Shown here one piece after another: positions 59,629-64,000 of a DNA stretch of 64,000 nt; positions within the stretch are counted from its first letter, which is position 1, and each line of letters begins with the position of its first letter. The position numbers and the translations under genes were made by a program. The DNA lies in NCBI RefSeq assembly GCF_006345805.1, contig NC_043020.1:28024001-28088000 (forward strand). Reading direction: 5' to 3'. The DNA comes from Octopus sinensis. Lineage: Eukaryota. Under the pieces are notes generated by a model. It was given only the letters and a program-made list of their open reading frames with translations. It did no database searches and was not told the origin of the DNA.

Positions 59629-61481
59629 CTGAAATAATTACAAGAAAGAAAATTTTTTTAATGATAACAGTAAAAATATATATCTTACTATAATGGATAT
59701 TACATCCGTCCATCTGTCCATCTGTGTGTTCCCTCTTCACGGTCAAATGGCTGAGCCAACGGTCATGATGCTTTTCAGGATTACAAAAAAGGTAACCAGG
59801 AAGGTTTTTAATGAAAAAAATGTAAAAAAGTATGATTATTTAGTGGATGTTGAGTTTTGTATTAATAAATCCCCTTTGAATTTTTTTTGTTAACACTGGT
59901 GGTGTGTGGAGAGGGAAGACTGGTAGGCATGGGGGCGGGACTGCTGCTGGTTTTTCACTAAAGCAACCTTGCCCAGACTTGTGCCTTGGAGGGGAGCTTT
60001 CTAGGTGCAATCCCATGGTCAGTCATGACCGAAGGGGTCTCCTTTACCCTTTTGCTTATCCCTTTCCTTTCCTCTGTCCCTTTCCATGCTTCTTCTTTCC
60101 CACTTAAACATGGACGTTCCGTTAGTGGCAATAAATATCCCCTGCCGGTATGAATTCTTCCTCGGTCACTAATATCTGTTCTGCAATGGAGTCTATTCTG
60201 TAATTCTCTTCCACCACTCACCCCTTCTCACAACTACAAACCTGTCCCTCTTAGCATACTTAAATCTGTCTCAATGAATTCCATCTGATCCATGCAAGCC
60301 TAGAAAAGTGGACGTAAAATCAATGATGAAGAGGGGGGGGGCGAGGAGAAGGGATCACGAAACCCTTTATTCTGTTTCAGAGTTTGGATTAGTCTTTGCT
60401 GGGGCATCGGCCTAGGAGGGTTTTGTTGAAGGAATCGACCCTAGTACTTATTTTAAAGGCCAGTTATTCATTCAAGCGATCTTGTTTCGCCGAACTGCTG
60501 AGTTACGTGGACGTAAATAAACCAACACCGGTTGTTATGCTGTAGTGGGGACAACTAATACACCTTGTTGTTCCCTAACCTGTCTGGTTGCATTTTCCCT
60601 TATCTTTTGTAAATGCTCTCATCACAGAGGCACAACTGTTTCCAACCTGTTCTTCTCTCTTTATCTCAGAAGTGTAGCCGCTTTTATCCACACTGTTTTG
60701 TTTGAGTGGTTTTGTCATTAGGGGTTTCGGTCAACCATTTGATAGGATCAAATCAGTGTGTCTTTTCCAAAACCCTGAGCTTGCATACAGTCCACTGCAC
60801 ATAGTTGTATGCAGCACACAATGAAATGGTTCTTTGCTGAAAATGGTAACAGTAACCAGGCAGCTTAACCATTTTTATTATCATGTGGGTTCAAGTCTTA
60901 CAGGCAGCCTTTGTCTTTTTCTAAATGGTTGGTCAGTGACTCACCTGGTAGCTTTTGATCTTTTGCATGGTAATTAAACGTCGCCCCACTTTTGTCGAGA
61001 GCGGTTGTTCAGAGTTAGCGACCAGTTCAAGGTTTGGGTGGATCGGAATGTTCTCATCTTGGTACCTGGGTAATAGACAAATAGGAAATGACTGGATATA
61101 ATAAATTGCCATTGAAAAAAAATCTTCACCACCAATGCCAACACCACTACCAGCACCACCAGCACCTCCACCCCCACCTGAGGGCCATCTTTAGTCATAT
61201 CTAACCAGGAGTTAGTGAAGGTGGTTGTGATGATGACAACAACGATGATGACGGTGATGATGAAAATGATGATGATGATAATGAATATGATCGTGATGGT
61301 GATGATGATAATGATGATGATGATGATGATGATGATAATGAATATGATGATGATGATAATGACTATGATGATGATGATGATGATAATGATGATAATGAAT
61401 ATGATGATGATGGTGATAATGATGATAATGAATATGATGATGATGATGATAATGAATATGATGATGATGATGATGATGAAT

Positions 61482-61512
<31 letters not shown>

Positions 61513-62995
61513 CAATAATGATGAAAGTAATGATGATGGTGGCAATGATTACTGAGACCAACAAGCAGCACATCATTAACAAATATCCGGTCATTTTAAG
61601 GAGCCATCTGTACATAACACTACGCAGGTGCATGGCTCAGTGGTTAGGGGCATTCGGCACGCAATCATAATGTCGTGAGTTCAATTCCTGGAGGCATGTT
61701 GTGTCCTTGAGCAAGCCACTTTATTTCACTCAGCAGGCAAAAATGAGTAGGTACCAGTAATTCAAAGGGGGTCAGCCTTGTAACATTCTGTGTCAGACTG
61801 AATCTCCCTGAGGACTACATTAAGGGTATGCATCTCTTTGGAGCACTCAACCACTTGTATACTGTTCCATTGATCAGATCAACCAGGGCCTTCGTCATCA
61901 TCACTGACGAAGCGCCAGTTTTACATAAGACAATTACAGTCAAGGGTTGATACTTACTCGGAACGGTAAACAGGGAACCAGTAAACTAGACGACCATTTA
62001 AGACTAGATGTTTGGCAGCAAAATTGAGCAGGTCTTTGAAAATGTCTGAGAGTTGGTAGTGAGTCTTTAATGGAAGGTGATTCTGGCATCTGTAAGAAAA
62101 AGAATTGCAAAATTTATTTAAAACCATTTTGTACACACTTTCGTATTTAATTCTAAATGGAAAATCCATCATCATCATCATCATCATCGTCATTTAACAT
62201 CCATTTTCCATGCTGTCATGGGTCGGACAGTGTGACAGGAAACAACCAGCTGAAGGGCTGCCCCGCCCCCCGGCTGTTTTGGCATCATTTTTACACCTGG
62301 ATGTCCTTCTTGATGCCAACTGTTTTACAGAATGTAGTGGGTGCCTTTTATGTGACACCAATACAGGTACTTGATATGTGGCACCAACACCTATTTCTTT
62401 ATTACCCACAAGGGGCTAAACACAGAGAGGACAAACAAGGACAGACAAACGGAATGAGTCGATTACATCGACCCCAGTGTGTAACTGGTACTTAGTTTAT
62501 CGACCCCGAAAGGATGAAAGGCAAAGTCGACCTCGGCGGAATTTGAACTCAGAACGCAACGGCAGACGAAATACCGCAAAGCATTTCGCCCGGCGTGCTA
62601 ACGTTTCTGCCAGCTCGCCTGCAAGATTAGGAATGCAGGGGATAAACCTGGATGCAAGGACAACCACACCCCTACTTAGCTCGATGTGTTTTCTGAAGCC
62701 CGGCAAACCACCAGGGGCCTCAGTCTCCTGTCATCCCCTCCGTGGAAACTTTCTCTGAAGATACATTCTCACTGCTTTACCCCAGCTTTACACTTGTCCA
62801 CAGTGCAATAGAGTAGGATTGAACCTGAGGCTACATGATTGTGAAGCAAACACCTTAACCACACAGCCAGGTATAAAGAATGGGCAACAAAACTAAGACA
62901 AATGAGAAAAGGGGAAAACAACGAACCTTTCAGGTGACTGTTCCCTTCTGTTATTTGGAGAGATTTTTTTGGCAGGTTCCCTAATGCCATAAGGG
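59542..62995 (-). CDS. TRMT11: tRNA (guanine-N2)-methyltransferase TRMT11, last four exons: 62995-62927, 62089-61958, 61065-60945, 59628-59542; 5' part outside the window
   Basis: Spliced frame PYGIREPAKK...RCQNHLPLKTHYQLSDIFKDLLNFAAKHLVLNGRLVYWFPVYRSEYQDENIPIHPNLELVANSEQPLSTKVGRRLITMQK...STFRQKYFEL* matches the TRMT11 C-terminus (DPPYGIRE, DLLNFAA..GRLVYW.PV, RRLITM.K, FR.KYF). All introns GT-AG and phase-consistent. Confidence 0.95.
60945..61065 (-). CDS. TRMT11: TRMT11 exon (YQDENIPIHPNLELVANSEQPLSTKVGRRLITMQKIKSYQ)
   Basis: TTACCCAG acceptor, CAG|GTGAGT donor, 121 nt. Confidence 0.95.
61225..61545. repeat. (ATG)n/(ATA)n trinucleotide tract in a TRMT11 intron
   Basis: Direct inspection; recurring ATAATGAATATG variant. 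Confidence 0.95.
61958..62089 (-). CDS. TRMT11: TRMT11 exon (CQNHLPLKTHYQLSDIFKDLLNFAA...WFPVYRS)
   Basis: TTCTTACAG acceptor, GA|GTAAGT donor, 132 nt. Confidence 0.95.
62927..62995 (-). CDS. TRMT11: TRMT11 exon (PYGIREPAKKISPNNRREQSPE)
   Basis: TTTTCAG acceptor, AG|GTTCGT donor, 69 nt. Confidence 0.88.
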
Positions 62996-63399
62996 CTGAA
63001 AATAGCAGAAAGCAAACAACAACAATAATGATAACAATAATAATAATAATTAATTCTTTTTATTGGCCACAAGGGCTGACAAATATGATTGGAAAACATA
63101 AAGGGACAAAACAGGACGAAAGGTTACAAAGGGTTTTGTCCATTTGTGAAAAAAAAACGAGTAAAAAGCAGTATAACAACGAAAAACTCCCAATAGAGGA
63201 GATGCTTCGAAAAAAAAGGAAAAGGTCTCACGTGGAAAAACCCATAAAAGCCATGGGAGCCTGGTCAAAAGGGGGGTAGAGAGTCTCTTTCTCCTTTTAT
63301 AATACTTTTTTCAGTTACAGGCGAAACCTCAGAATTGGTCCATTTATACTGGCCATTCTTGCACAATTCACCCACCTTTCAGAAAACTTGCTATCAGAC

Positions 63400-63718
63400 A
63401 GCACTCTCCTCTCTAACCTCATCTTCCTTTTCACTGAAGCTCCGGCGTCTGGCGATGGACTTGGTAAACACCCACAAAGTTATCAACCACCTCACCAACA
63501 ACAACACTGAACACCTTTTTGATCTTCATGTGTCTAACACACGTGAACATGCCTACAAAGTCAGAAAACAACACAGCTCCCATGACTTTCGGAAACATTT
63601 TTTCACGCTCAGAGTTGCTGAAGCATGGAATAAACTGCCTGCGTCAGTTGTTGACTGCCATGACACTGCATCCTTTAAGGCCCTCATGCTTTCCGAAATC
63701 CGCCGAAACTACACCTGA
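63400..63718 (+). mobile_element. CR1-clade LINE 3' end
   Basis: RLAMDLVNTHKVI...NTREHAYKVRKQHSSHDFRKHFFTLRVAEAWNKLPASVV...ASFK. Confidence 0.85.
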
Positions 63719-63794
63719 TTATATATACACTTTAGATGAGTTGTAGTGCACCTGAGCACTGTACACAATGTTTTTATTATTATTATTATAAGTG

Positions 63795-63900
63795 AAACTT
63801 GAAAAAGTTGATGAGGAATAATGAGAAAGCAACCATACTATGGGATATGCAAATACAGAGAGAGAGAGAGGAATTAATGCCAATAGACCAGGATATAGTT
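63795..63900 (+). mobile_element. Restriction-like endonuclease non-LTR retrotransposon fragment
   Basis: NEKATILWDMQIQ...INANRP.DIV resembles the ILWD..IQTD....RPDIV RLE motif; frameshifted. Confidence 0.6.
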
Positions 63901-64000
63901 GGATGATTTGATGGGATCAAATGTGTCTAAGGGATGCATCGTACTCCAGTGTCTGCTTTGGCATGGCTTCTACAGGGGAGATGCCCTTCCTAACATCAAC

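Overview
AT-rich, repeat-dense eukaryotic DNA. The SINE/LINE/MITE content and microsatellite load look like a coleoid cephalopod, most likely Octopus (inference). Three protein-coding genes lie on the minus strand: (1) four 3'-terminal exons of TRMT11 (62995->59542); (2) a 12-exon eIF2B-delta gene, EIF2B4 (45035->24299, 1746 nt, all GT-AG and phase-consistent); (3) the first recognisable coding exon of TTC39C (18285->18155), whose downstream intron runs at least to the window start. The rest is several tRNA-headed or tailed SINE families (some with exact TSDs, nested or concatemeric), RTE/CR1/RLE LINE fragments, Tc1/mariner relics, TTAA-type, Kolobok/T2-like and hAT MITEs, a Helitron-like element and long microsatellites. 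I found no rRNA, true tRNA or CRISPR array. Most notable: two sequence-divergent but structurally co-varying Penelope-type minimal hammerhead-like motifs in consecutive EIF2B4 introns, sense to the pre-mRNA, one inside a ~290-nt hairpin; MITE multimers sharing a conserved 23-bp spacer at two loci; a six-unit head-truncated SINE concatemer with a recurrent junction; and a GC-rich 59-bp tandem array.
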